Below, piece by piece: positions 29,849 through 38,621 of a stretch of 64,000 nt of DNA. The notes under the pieces were generated by a model that worked only from the letters and a program-made list of their open reading frames with translations, made no database searches and was not told the origin of the DNA. Every line of letters starts with the position of its first letter. The first letter of the stretch is position 1. The stretch comes from Flavobacteriales bacterium (lineage in GTDB: Bacteria; Bacteroidota; Bacteroidia; Palsa-965): NCBI GenBank assembly GCA_040377305.1, contig JBEIPA010000010.1:96001-160000 (forward strand), read 5' to 3'. The position numbers and the translations under genes were made by a program.

Positions 29849-31385
29849 GAATCGTCAGCACTTTGACACCGCTCACTGGGAATAATTCTGACTTAAGAAG
29901 ATCTTGTACTGTAATTCCGGTAGAGATCGATAGCGATAGAAAATTCTCTACACGTTCCTGCAGCGTATTATCCGGGAGAGTTTTGTCGCGTAATTTTTTA
30001 AACTGTGTCGCAAAAACTTCTTCGCGCTGTTTGATCGCACGCATCATCCGCACTTCAACAACCTTCAGCGCATCGCCGGCCTTCTTCATTTCCGCTTCAG
30101 CGAATGCACGCAATGTTGCATCGGCGCGCGAAGCTTTTTCTGCGACGGTTGAACGAAGCAGCGTTAGAATTTCCTGTTCATTCTCCAATGAAAGCTCCTC
30201 TCCTGCCCGATCTGCCAATTTCCTTTTGAGTGCTTCATCGAAATCGGAAGTGAGCTCCTGAACGGTTACGCGATTCTTATGCATCCATTCGAAATCCTTC
30301 TGCGCAATCTGCATTCCGAAAAAACGTGGCTGCAAAACAGGGAACGCAACACGGTAATGCTCGAACATCTTCTTGTACTGAAGCCAGTAAACCAGTTCGC
30401 CCGGTCCACCAACATACGCCACATTCGGTAATATGACTTGCTGGTACAAAGGACGCAAAACTACATTCGGACTAAATTTTTCGGGATTCGTTTTTGCTTC
30501 CTGAATCAGTTCATCTGTTGCAGTATCAATTCGCTTACGGGAAGTTCCTTCGAGGTGAAACAGATTTATTGCACGGGGCTTCACCTGAAGCTCATAACGT
30601 TTGTTCGAAAGAAAAGAGGAAGTTTCCTGCACGCATTTTTCAGCGTTATGATTGACGAGATCATCGTAGAAAATTCCGGCAACAGCTTTTTTAAGCTCAG
30701 CGTCGTCGGGATCAATACAAATGATTGCATCACCAAACAACCAGTGCACGAACTCACGTGTTGCAGCAGCGATTGTTTTTCCCGGCGCGTAAATTTTCTT
30801 GAGCACTGCCGACATTTCCAACGCTTGCGGAGATGACCCTAACAAGCCAGCCATCTCTTCAATGAAGGCTCCAATGTCATTTGTATTTAGACGACCTACA
30901 GCACCTTCCTGCGTAGTATTCCAGGAAATCTTCTTGCCGAACATGGTCACAGAACGAACTTCTTCAACATCGTGGTCTTCTGTTGCCATCCAATACACAG
31001 GAACAACCGTTGCGTTGTACATTTTCGACAACTTATCGGCTAGCTGGATAACGGATGCAATTTTGTACACAAAATAAGACGGACCTCCAGCAATACACAA
31101 TTGATGTCCGGTTGTAACTGTACTGGAATTATTCAGCGAAAGTCTATCGAGCAGAGCCTTTGGCAACAGTTCAGGGTTCGCCTGATATTGTTGCGTTATT
31201 GTATTTACTAAATGGATTCGGTTAATGCCGCTACCTTGTGCCCGGCGAATTGCATAGTCATATCCCTTTTGATCAGGACGAAAATCATAAAGCGTTTCCA
31301 GCTCAGGCAGTCCGTTTACGTAGTCGAGAAACAGACGGGAAAATCCAGTCAGTTGATTAAACGGTAATTCTGAAGCTGTAATCAT
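29838..31385 (-). CDS. bshC: Bacillithiol biosynthesis cysteine-adding enzyme
   Basis: TTGHQ, PVYWMATEDHD, SPNVVLRPLYQ, YVGGPGELVYW, LQERVENF. Confidence 0.92.
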   Translation of the reverse strand: MITASELPFNQLTGFSRLFLDYVNGLPELETLYDFRPDQKGYDYAIRRAQGSGINRIHLVNTITQQYQANPELLPKALLDRLSLNNSSTVTTGHQLCIAGGPSYFVYKIASVIQLADKLSKMYNATVVPVYWMATEDHDVEEVRSVTMFGKKISWNTTQEGAVGRLNTNDIGAFIEEMAGLLGSSPQALEMSAVLKKIYAPGKTIAAATREFVHWLFGDAIICIDPDDAELKKAVAGIFYDDLVNHNAEKCVQETSSFLSNKRYELQVKPRAINLFHLEGTSRKRIDTATDELIQEAKTNPEKFSPNVVLRPLYQQVILPNVAYVGGPGELVYWLQYKKMFEHYRVAFPVLQPRFFGMQIAQKDFEWMHKNRVTVQELTSDFDEALKRKLADRAGEELSLENEQEILTLLRSTVAEKASRADATLRAFAEAEMKKAGDALKVVEVRMMRAIKQREEVFATQFKKLRDKTLPDNTLQERVENFLSLSISTGITVQDLLKSELFPVSGVKVLTIPKE

Positions 31386-31464
31386 GCAGGTCAAAATTAA
31401 GGATAATGATCGGGCTCGGAATTAACAACTTACACTATTGTTGCGCACAATAATAGAATTTGCA

Positions 31465-31555
31465 GGATGGGTTAGCGGTATTTACACTATTGAAGTTGAA
31501 CTGCCTGAAGTAACGAGGCCTGCGCGACTGAACGTTCAGTAATCCGGCACCTATT
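31465..31555 (+). ncRNA. Candidate structured small RNA (unassigned)
   Basis: Nested pairings ATGGGT/ACCTAT, CGG/CCG, TTAC/GTAA, TGAAGTT/AAC(G)TTCA, GCCT/AGGC; followed by a terminator; no ORF. Confidence 0.3.
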
Positions 31556-31592
31556 AAAAAATCCTGCTTCAGTGAGTGAAGCAGGATTTTTT
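31556..31592. terminator. Bidirectional intrinsic terminator
   Basis: AAAAAATCCTGCTTCA-gtgag-TGAAGCAGGATTTTTTT. Confidence 0.85.
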
Positions 31593-31605
31593 TGAAGTGT
31601 AGTCC

Positions 31606-33132
31606 TTAGTTTGCCGTTATCGTAAACTCCACTCTTCGGTTCATCGCCCGTCCGGCATCATTTTCATTGCTGTCAACAGGATTACTTTCTCCGTATCCTT
31701 TTGAGCTTACTCTATTCATGGCTATTCCGTGATTCACGAGATATGTACGTACTGCTGCTGCTCGATCTTCCGACAAACGTTGATTGTCTGCATCGGTACC
31801 AACATTATCGGTATGTCCGGATATTTCTATAGACATAGACGGATTTTCATTCATCATTTTTACCACCCGATCGAGTTCAGGAAAGGATTCTGATTTTAGT
31901 TCAGCTTTGCCCGTTTCGAAAAATATATTGTTTAGTCGCACCACCTGGCCTTTTTCGATAGGGACGAGATAAAGGTCACGTGTAATTTCCTGGTACCCGG
32001 AAAGTGAAGTGAGATCCATGTTTTCACTGAGCGCGTAGTACCCATTCGCAATTGCGTTAAAGCCATAATTCGATCCGAATGGAAGTACGATCTGATAGTC
32101 TCCGGTTTCCTCATTCGATACGGCAGTACCTACTGTGGTCGCACCGGGAAGGAGCTGATAAATTACCGCGGCACTTACTGGTTTGCCGGTTTGTTTATCG
32201 AGCACTTTGCCGCGTATCAGAACTACTGGTTCCGGACGCATTTCTTCCCGCAATTTTACCCTGCAAATATCTGTTCTGTTGGATCCATTGCTCCGTGATA
32301 AATACGCTTCATTTCCTTTAGCCGCAACAGAATACCACGCATCCCAGTCAGAGGAATTCACGTCCGGTCCGAGATTGACGGGTTCACTCCATTTTTGCCA
32401 GGTACTATCGAGCCGTTTAGACATCCAGATGTCGCAACTTCCATATCCGCCGGGACGATCAGATGAATAATACAGTGTAACACCATCTGCAGCGAGGAAC
32501 GGCGAGAACTCTTCGTAACTTTCTGTATTGAGTCCGATTGCGACCGGCTCAGTGTATGAATTTTCATCTTCACGGAAACTGATATAAATGTCATGAGTCT
32601 TTTTCTTCTTTGGAACAAATGCCATTAGGAGAACCGAATTGGAGGAGTGCATATTACTTGAAACCGTTGTTCCTTCCTGATTCATTTTTTCGTAATTCTT
32701 CACTCTAATTCCAACCGGTTCCGTCCACCCGTTTTTTCCTAACGTGCAAAATGAAAACCCATCTTTCTGATACTCACCTTTGGAATAATAACCTTTCAGG
32801 TAACGCGTGTTTCCGTCGGCACTGAACCCAACAAGTGCACTGTAGTATTGCTGATTGAAAGGAGCATTAAGATGTCGTGCTGCACTCCATTCTCCGTTTT
32901 CCAGTTTACACATCCAGATATCCTGGGTATGTTCCGGATGCATGGAATTATCCGGATGGTCTTCGCGGATGAAGAACAACTTTTGTCCGTCTGGAGTAAT
33001 CAATGGGTTCAATTCACTGGTTGGACTGTTCACTCGCGAATCAAGAAACTCCACTGAGTAACCGGGATTGTCACGAAACGATAGCACCAACAGAGCGGCG
33101 CAAAAAATTACAGGCAGACGAAGCGGTTTCAT
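31606..33132 (-). CDS. PD40/WD40-like repeat plus OmpA C-terminal domain protein (PorE-like architecture)
   Basis: SPFLAADGVTLYYSSDRPGGYG; NIFFETGKAEL...GHTDNVG...LSEDRA...NRRVEF. Confidence 0.88.
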   Translation of the reverse strand: MKPLRLPVIFCAALLVLSFRDNPGYSVEFLDSRVNSPTSELNPLITPDGQKLFFIREDHPDNSMHPEHTQDIWMCKLENGEWSAARHLNAPFNQQYYSALVGFSADGNTRYLKGYYSKGEYQKDGFSFCTLGKNGWTEPVGIRVKNYEKMNQEGTTVSSNMHSSNSVLLMAFVPKKKKTHDIYISFREDENSYTEPVAIGLNTESYEEFSPFLAADGVTLYYSSDRPGGYGSCDIWMSKRLDSTWQKWSEPVNLGPDVNSSDWDAWYSVAAKGNEAYLSRSNGSNRTDICRVKLREEMRPEPVVLIRGKVLDKQTGKPVSAAVIYQLLPGATTVGTAVSNEETGDYQIVLPFGSNYGFNAIANGYYALSENMDLTSLSGYQEITRDLYLVPIEKGQVVRLNNIFFETGKAELKSESFPELDRVVKMMNENPSMSIEISGHTDNVGTDADNQRLSEDRAAAVRTYLVNHGIAMNRVSSKGYGESNPVDSNENDAGRAMNRRVEFTITAN

Positions 33133-33134
33133 GG

Positions 33135-34088
33135 TTACTCCTTTTCTATGACCTGACCTTTGTCGTTCGTACCTTCCGGTCGTTTGTAACCAAGTGCCGC
33201 CATTTTTCTGCGCATGAGCGGAAACATGAATGATCCGGTACAGTAGAGTCCATCACCCGGGCGTACACCGACTTCGACGCCTGCAGCAAACGCCTTTTTC
33301 TTTTTTACATTTCTGTCTTCACAAGGCATTCCGTAGAAACCAACCCGAAAACCTATTGGTCCGTTGAGCACATCTTTGTTACCAACCTGTCCACCGCTAA
33401 ATGTTGTAAGATTTCTAACCGGACAAAATATAAGATCCGCGTAAACACGGAACATTCCAGAGCGGGATGCCTGTCCGTCTGTATTTGTATTGATAAAAAC
33501 ATTGCTGACTGTAAACCTTGAAAGGCCAACATAAACACCCACATTGGTGAGGTTCCCCTCAATGTCTGATCCACCTTCGGTCAGTTCGCGGGAGAAGGGG
33601 TTACGTTTGAAATACAGTCCGCCGCGTGCATGAATAAGTATTCGCTGCTGTGCTGGAATGCGTATAAACTTTGTCGTTTCAACGGTCTGTCCGCTCGAGT
33701 TTGTAGATTCTGAAATGGAGAGTACTACTTTTGTATTCTGTTTCGTGCGTGTTCTATCGGTTAGCGTAAACATTCCACCCGCTTCAATCTGCAAAGCTGC
33801 TTTACATTCCTTACCAAAAGCCAGCCTGCCTAGGGTCAATGTTCCATATCGGAACGCATAATCGAATCCGAACCGTTTCTGAACAAAGCCCATACCGGTT
33901 ATTCCAGTGTTGAACGACGATCCATCAATGTTTTTGAAACCGAAGTCCATTTGAAACGGATCCAGAAACATCCAGAAATTGCAGATATCATTCGGATCAT
34001 CGCGGGTTACTTTATAATCGACATTGTTCTGCGCATTTGAAGTAATTACGAGGCAAAGCAACAGAGGCAGAAACAGTATTTTTTTCAT
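33135..34088 (-). CDS. Hypothetical secreted protein, likely co-transcribed with the OmpA gene
   Basis: MKKILFLPLLL signal peptide; stop 2 bp before the OmpA gene start. Confidence 0.75.
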   Translation of the reverse strand: MKKILFLPLLLCLVITSNAQNNVDYKVTRDDPNDICNFWMFLDPFQMDFGFKNIDGSSFNTGITGMGFVQKRFGFDYAFRYGTLTLGRLAFGKECKAALQIEAGGMFTLTDRTRTKQNTKVVLSISESTNSSGQTVETTKFIRIPAQQRILIHARGGLYFKRNPFSRELTEGGSDIEGNLTNVGVYVGLSRFTVSNVFINTNTDGQASRSGMFRVYADLIFCPVRNLTTFSGGQVGNKDVLNGPIGFRVGFYGMPCEDRNVKKKKAFAAGVEVGVRPGDGLYCTGSFMFPLMRRKMAALGYKRPEGTNDKGQVIEKE

Positions 34089-34136
34089 GAGTCTATATTT
34101 GTTCACACAAATGTTGCGTATACGAGCATGTAAAGG

Positions 34137-34154
34137 AATACGGCATTAACCCTA
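34137..34154 (-). promoter_or_regulatory. Putative response-regulator box TAGGGTTAATGCCGTATT
   Basis: 13/18 identical to 37199-37216; both lie 21 bp upstream of a -7-like element. Confidence 0.55.
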
Positions 34155-34213
34155 TTTTTGAGGTACTGTATTGTAGATAAAAAAAGCGCGAAGGGGCGTA
34201 ACCCGGACATCAG

Positions 34214-37201
34214 ATGAAATTTCTTGGTACTTATGTGATGCTATTATTCTCTGTGCTCTCCGGTGCACAGGGCATGCGCTTTTCACATCTCGATCAGAAG
34301 CAGGGGTTGTCGCAGAATACACCCGATTGTTTTTTGCAAGACAGTGAAGGGTTGATGTGGATTGGAACGCAAGACGGATTGAACCGTTACGACGGTTATA
34401 CATTCACTGTATTGCGCTCCGTTCCCGGAGACACCAACTCACTTACCGACAATTTCATTCTTGCGCTGGCTGAAGACTCCGACAATAACATCTGGATCGG
34501 CACGCGTAATGGAATTTGTGTTTACGTTAAAAGCGAAAACAAATTTTATCGATACCGTTCTATTTACGAAGACCCCGATGATTTTCACGCAGCAGTGAGA
34601 AATATCGTCGCGATTAATGAAGGTGGAGTTGTGTTTTGCACAAAGTCACGCAATCTGGTTTCGGTGAAATATGATGCAACCCATCATCACATCATTGCAA
34701 CAGGTTTAGTTGATGAATCGAACGTATATGCATTTGCATACGAAAAACAAACCGGAGAACTGGCGTTTCTGCTTAATGACCGACTCTGTATTGGTTTGCC
34801 GGGAAATGCAACGATTACCTGCTCGTTGAACCTTGCCGGAAAGCCAATCATTTCCATGCTTCTCGACGGAGAACACCTGTTCCTGAATGATAGTCTCAAT
34901 ATCCTCCATATTCCGATTCGCACACAGGGAATACCAGAAACAATTTACACGTGCGACTCCAAGGTGGCATGTATGTCAATTGGTCCAAATCATTCTGTGT
35001 GGATTGGCACACTCGAAGGTTTGCGAGTGATCAATTCCCCATTGAGCTCACCAGTGATTGAAGTCGCAACAGAAAACAAGCTGGACTACTTCGGGCTGAA
35101 CGGAAATCGTCTGGAAGCACTTTACTGCACGCGCGAAAACATCATGTGGGTTGGAACAGTTGGCGGAATCAACATTTACGATCCGCTGCAGAAACGTTTC
35201 ATTGTGCTGGACGGAATCCTGAGTACTCCAACACAGGACGCTATCTGGTTTGTAATGTCTATAGGCGAAATAGTTTTATGGGCTAATGACAAAGGACTGA
35301 TGACGTATAGTGAAAGTCCGCTTCCGCGATGGGTGAATAGTATCCCTAAGGAGTTGCCCTATTCTGCCGGTGGATTTGACTCCAGAAACAGATTGTGGCT
35401 TGGCACGAAAAATCAGGGTGTGATAATCGTGGATACGGCAAATAACACAGTGGATACACGTCTCAAATCGCACCCCGTATTTGCCGGTGTGTCTGTAATG
35501 GATTTTTGTTCGGACAATGGATCCATGTGGATTGCCTCCATAGGCTCGCTTTGTGTTGTACAAGAAAATGACCTGGAAGTAAAAATCATCCGTTCGCGAC
35601 AGGTTCATGCGAAGGACATTTCAACGGCGTATTTCAGTGCCCTTGAAAAAGATGATCAACATCGGATATATGTGGGTACTGCAACGGGACTTGCCGTTTT
35701 TGCGCCTACAGATACCAACGTACAATGGATTGTCAATGATCCTGCGACTCCAAATTCGCTGGCTTATAACATCGTCAATGACCTATTCATCCTTGGCGAC
35801 AATTTGTGGATAGCTACAATGGGTTCCGGACTTGACCGAATGAATATTCGTACCCAGGATTTCATTCACTACTCTACAGGCAACGGACTCGCTAATAATA
35901 CCATTTATGGAATTGAAGCAGGTAACTCCGATGAGTTGTGGTTAAGTTCAAACGAAGGAATGATCCAACTGAATATAAACAATGGCATTTCGCGAAACTT
36001 CACGATGCGGGATGGTTTGACGAGCAACGAGTTTGTGCTAAATAAACATTCTTCCAACAAGAATGCAACGCAACTCTACTTCGGATCGTCAAACGGCCTA
36101 GTGAACTTTTCGCCGGATGATTTTCGCACGCTATCGCCACCCGTTTTGCCGATCATTACCCGGATGACAGTTAACTATAAGCCGCGCACACAATTCATGT
36201 CTGATGAATTACAATTGAAATCTGATGAGCGCAACATAAGTTTTGAGTTTTCCGCAATCGATTTCCGCAATCAGGATAAGATCAGTTACGCGTATAAGCT
36301 TGAAGGATTTGACACAGCGTGGCACAATACCGGAATTGCAGAGCGATCAGCGAATTTCACGAACCTGCCTTACGGTACGTATCATTTCATGGTTCGATAC
36401 CGGATTGGCGGTGGCGAATGGTCTTCTACAATACTTGAGAAGAAAATTGTGATAGCAACTCCTTTTTATGCGACAACCTGGTTCACTATACTGATGATTC
36501 TTGCGGGTATTACACTGATTGCTTTGATCGTACGATACATTTCACAAAGAACACTGCGCAAACAGATCGAAGAATTGCGTGTACAGGAACAAATCAGAAA
36601 TGAAAAGGAAAGAATTTCACGCGACTTACACGACAATGTTGGCGCTCAGCTTACTTATGTGATTTCTTCACTCGATAACTTATCGTACACGTTACAAAGA
36701 AAAAAAGTGGATCTGGAATCGGAAAAACTGGATCAGCTCGGTGAATTTGCGCGCGGTACAATGGATCAGTTACGTGAGAGTATCTGGGCAATTAATTCAG
36801 AACAAATCAAGCTGAGTGAACTTGCAGCAAAGTGGAAACAATATCTCGCACAACTTGCCGATACCCGGAGTAATTTTTCAGGCCAGGTTGCTTTCAGCGG
36901 CACCGATGTAACGCTCAAACCCGCTACGGCAATAGAAGTGCACCGGATTATTCAGGAAGCTATTTCAAATGCATTTCGTCATTCGAACGGCACGAACATC
37001 CTCGTTGAAGTTGATATTGAAAACAATAAACCCTCCGTTTCTGTTATTGATAACGGTCGTGGTATGAGTGAACAACCGGAAAAAGACGGGCATTACGGAC
37101 TCCGCAATATGAAGGAACGGGCCAAACGAATAAACGGCGATCTATCGTTCCGGACAGATTCCAACGGAACGAATGTTCATTTGTTCTGGCATCATAATTA
37201 G
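34214..37201 (+). CDS. Sensor histidine kinase (Reg_prop beta-propellers, Y_Y_Y, TM, HisKA_3/HATPase)
   Basis: GLMWIGTQDGLNRYDG repeats, YAYKLEGFD..W...FTNLPYGTY, ERISRDLHDNVG, QEAISNA, DNGRG, GLRNMKERA. Confidence 0.92.
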   Translation: MKFLGTYVMLLFSVLSGAQGMRFSHLDQKQGLSQNTPDCFLQDSEGLMWIGTQDGLNRYDGYTFTVLRSVPGDTNSLTDNFILALAEDSDNNIWIGTRNGICVYVKSENKFYRYRSIYEDPDDFHAAVRNIVAINEGGVVFCTKSRNLVSVKYDATHHHIIATGLVDESNVYAFAYEKQTGELAFLLNDRLCIGLPGNATITCSLNLAGKPIISMLLDGEHLFLNDSLNILHIPIRTQGIPETIYTCDSKVACMSIGPNHSVWIGTLEGLRVINSPLSSPVIEVATENKLDYFGLNGNRLEALYCTRENIMWVGTVGGINIYDPLQKRFIVLDGILSTPTQDAIWFVMSIGEIVLWANDKGLMTYSESPLPRWVNSIPKELPYSAGGFDSRNRLWLGTKNQGVIIVDTANNTVDTRLKSHPVFAGVSVMDFCSDNGSMWIASIGSLCVVQENDLEVKIIRSRQVHAKDISTAYFSALEKDDQHRIYVGTATGLAVFAPTDTNVQWIVNDPATPNSLAYNIVNDLFILGDNLWIATMGSGLDRMNIRTQDFIHYSTGNGLANNTIYGIEAGNSDELWLSSNEGMIQLNINNGISRNFTMRDGLTSNEFVLNKHSSNKNATQLYFGSSNGLVNFSPDDFRTLSPPVLPIITRMTVNYKPRTQFMSDELQLKSDERNISFEFSAIDFRNQDKISYAYKLEGFDTAWHNTGIAERSANFTNLPYGTYHFMVRYRIGGGEWSSTILEKKIVIATPFYATTWFTILMILAGITLIALIVRYISQRTLRKQIEELRVQEQIRNEKERISRDLHDNVGAQLTYVISSLDNLSYTLQRKKVDLESEKLDQLGEFARGTMDQLRESIWAINSEQIKLSELAAKWKQYLAQLADTRSNFSGQVAFSGTDVTLKPATAIEVHRIIQEAISNAFRHSNGTNILVEVDIENNKPSVSVIDNGRGMSEQPEKDGHYGLRNMKERAKRINGDLSFRTDSNGTNVHLFWHHN

Positions 37202-37245
37202 GGCACTTGACGTATTGTAATCGGACTGTACACCTCCTACTTTTG
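37199..37245 (+). promoter_or_regulatory. Internal promoter of the response regulator: box TAGGGCACTTGACGTATT plus -7 element TACTTTTG
   Basis: Box at 37199-37216 overlaps the kinase stop; TACTTTTG at 37238-37245 is 4 nt before the ATG. Confidence 0.6.
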
Positions 37246-37249
37246 TAGT

Positions 37250-37930
37250 ATGAAAATCAGAATTGGATTGGCCGAAGATGTTCCTCATTTGCAGAAGGCG
37301 ATCAGCGATATGCTGTTCAATTTCGAGAACGTGGACCTCGTGTTTATTGCAGGGAATGGCAAAGCACTTGTAGAGAAACTTGCTACGGAGAAAGTTGATC
37401 TGATTCTGATGGACATCAACATGCCGGAGATGAATGGGATTGAAGCAACCGCAGCAGTCCGCAAACGTTATCCGGAGATCAAGATCGTGATGCTTACTGT
37501 GTTCGACGATGGAGATAATATCTTCAACGCAATTCTAGCAGGAGCAAACGGATATTTACTGAAAGACTCGAAACCGGCACGCTTGCTTACTGCGATAGAA
37601 GATGCCATGGACGGTGGTGCGCCTATGTCGCCAAGCATTGCTACGAAAGCTTTGCAACTACTTCGTGGCGATCGCACAGAGCCGCTTCCTGAGGAAAACG
37701 ATTTTCAGCTTACCAAACGCGAACTGGAAATCCTGGAGCAACTTGCTACTGGCGCAACCTATCAGGAAATTGCAGACAAACTTTTCATCTCTGCTAAAAC
37801 CGTTCGTAAGCATATTGAAAATATTTACGGAAAGCTGCAGGCTCACAATAAGATTGAGGCGATACAGATTGCGCAAAAACATAAGTTGCTGAGTATAGCC
37901 GGAGTTTCTCTCGCGTTTCTGTTCAGTTAA
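37250..37930 (+). CDS. NarL/LuxR-family response regulator
   Basis: LMDINMPEMNG, GYLLK, LTKRELEIL...IADKLFIS.KTVRKHIENIYGKL. Confidence 0.93.
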   Translation: MKIRIGLAEDVPHLQKAISDMLFNFENVDLVFIAGNGKALVEKLATEKVDLILMDINMPEMNGIEATAAVRKRYPEIKIVMLTVFDDGDNIFNAILAGANGYLLKDSKPARLLTAIEDAMDGGAPMSPSIATKALQLLRGDRTEPLPEENDFQLTKRELEILEQLATGATYQEIADKLFISAKTVRKHIENIYGKLQAHNKIEAIQIAQKHKLLSIAGVSLAFLFS

Positions 37931-37950
37931 CGTTTTGCTAACTTTACGGG

Positions 37951-38520
37951 ATGTTGAAACCACTTCCCACCCTTCCCAATCCCTGGATCACACACAAGAG
38001 CGAGAAAGTTTACGACTCGCCGTGGATTGCACTGACTAAACACGATGTTACTAATCCGAACGGACATCCGGGAACGTATTCTGTCATTCACTTTCAGAAT
38101 CTGGCGATCGGTGTGATTGTGTTGGATGAGCAATTGAACACGTGGCTGGTTGGGCAGTGGCGTTATCCGCTTGAGAAATACACCTGGGAAATTCCGGAAG
38201 GCGGTGGAAAAATCGGAGTTGATCCATTGATTTCTGCGCAACGTGAATTACTCGAGGAAACCGGAATCACCGCGAAGAAGTGGACGCAAATTCTGGAAAT
38301 GCATTTGAGTAATTCTGCTTCTGATGAACATTGTTTGATTTACCTTGCTCAGGATCTCGCGTTCGGAGAATCAATGCCGGAAGAAGATGAAGCCCTCGAA
38401 GTTGTAAAGATTCCCTTCGATGAATTTTACCAGCGCGTGGAATCAGGAGAAATTACGGATAGTCTGACTGTTGCTGCGGCACTGAAAATTAAAATCATGC
38501 TGCAAGAGAAAAAAATATAA
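37951..38520 (+). CDS. NUDIX hydrolase (ADP-ribose pyrophosphatase-like)
   Basis: Nudix box WEIPEGG...AQRELLEETG. Confidence 0.9.
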   Translation: MLKPLPTLPNPWITHKSEKVYDSPWIALTKHDVTNPNGHPGTYSVIHFQNLAIGVIVLDEQLNTWLVGQWRYPLEKYTWEIPEGGGKIGVDPLISAQRELLEETGITAKKWTQILEMHLSNSASDEHCLIYLAQDLAFGESMPEEDEALEVVKIPFDEFYQRVESGEITDSLTVAAALKIKIMLQEKKI

Positions 38521-38546
38521 CTGAAAATTGATAGTTGATAACTGAT

Positions 38547-38586
38547 AAAAGAAAGAGCCGATAAGAATACCGGCTCTTTTCTTTTA
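38547..38586. terminator. Bidirectional terminator between convergent genes
   Basis: AAAAGAAAGAGCCG-loop-CGGCTCTTTTCTTTT. Confidence 0.7.
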
Positions 38587-38621
38587 GCTATCAATTTTCA
38601 GATAGCAGCAATTCTGTTTTT

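Noticed and set aside
29838-31385. bshC as unusual in a Gram-negative bacterium
   Set aside because: Bacillithiol-type pathways are already known in Bacteroidota.
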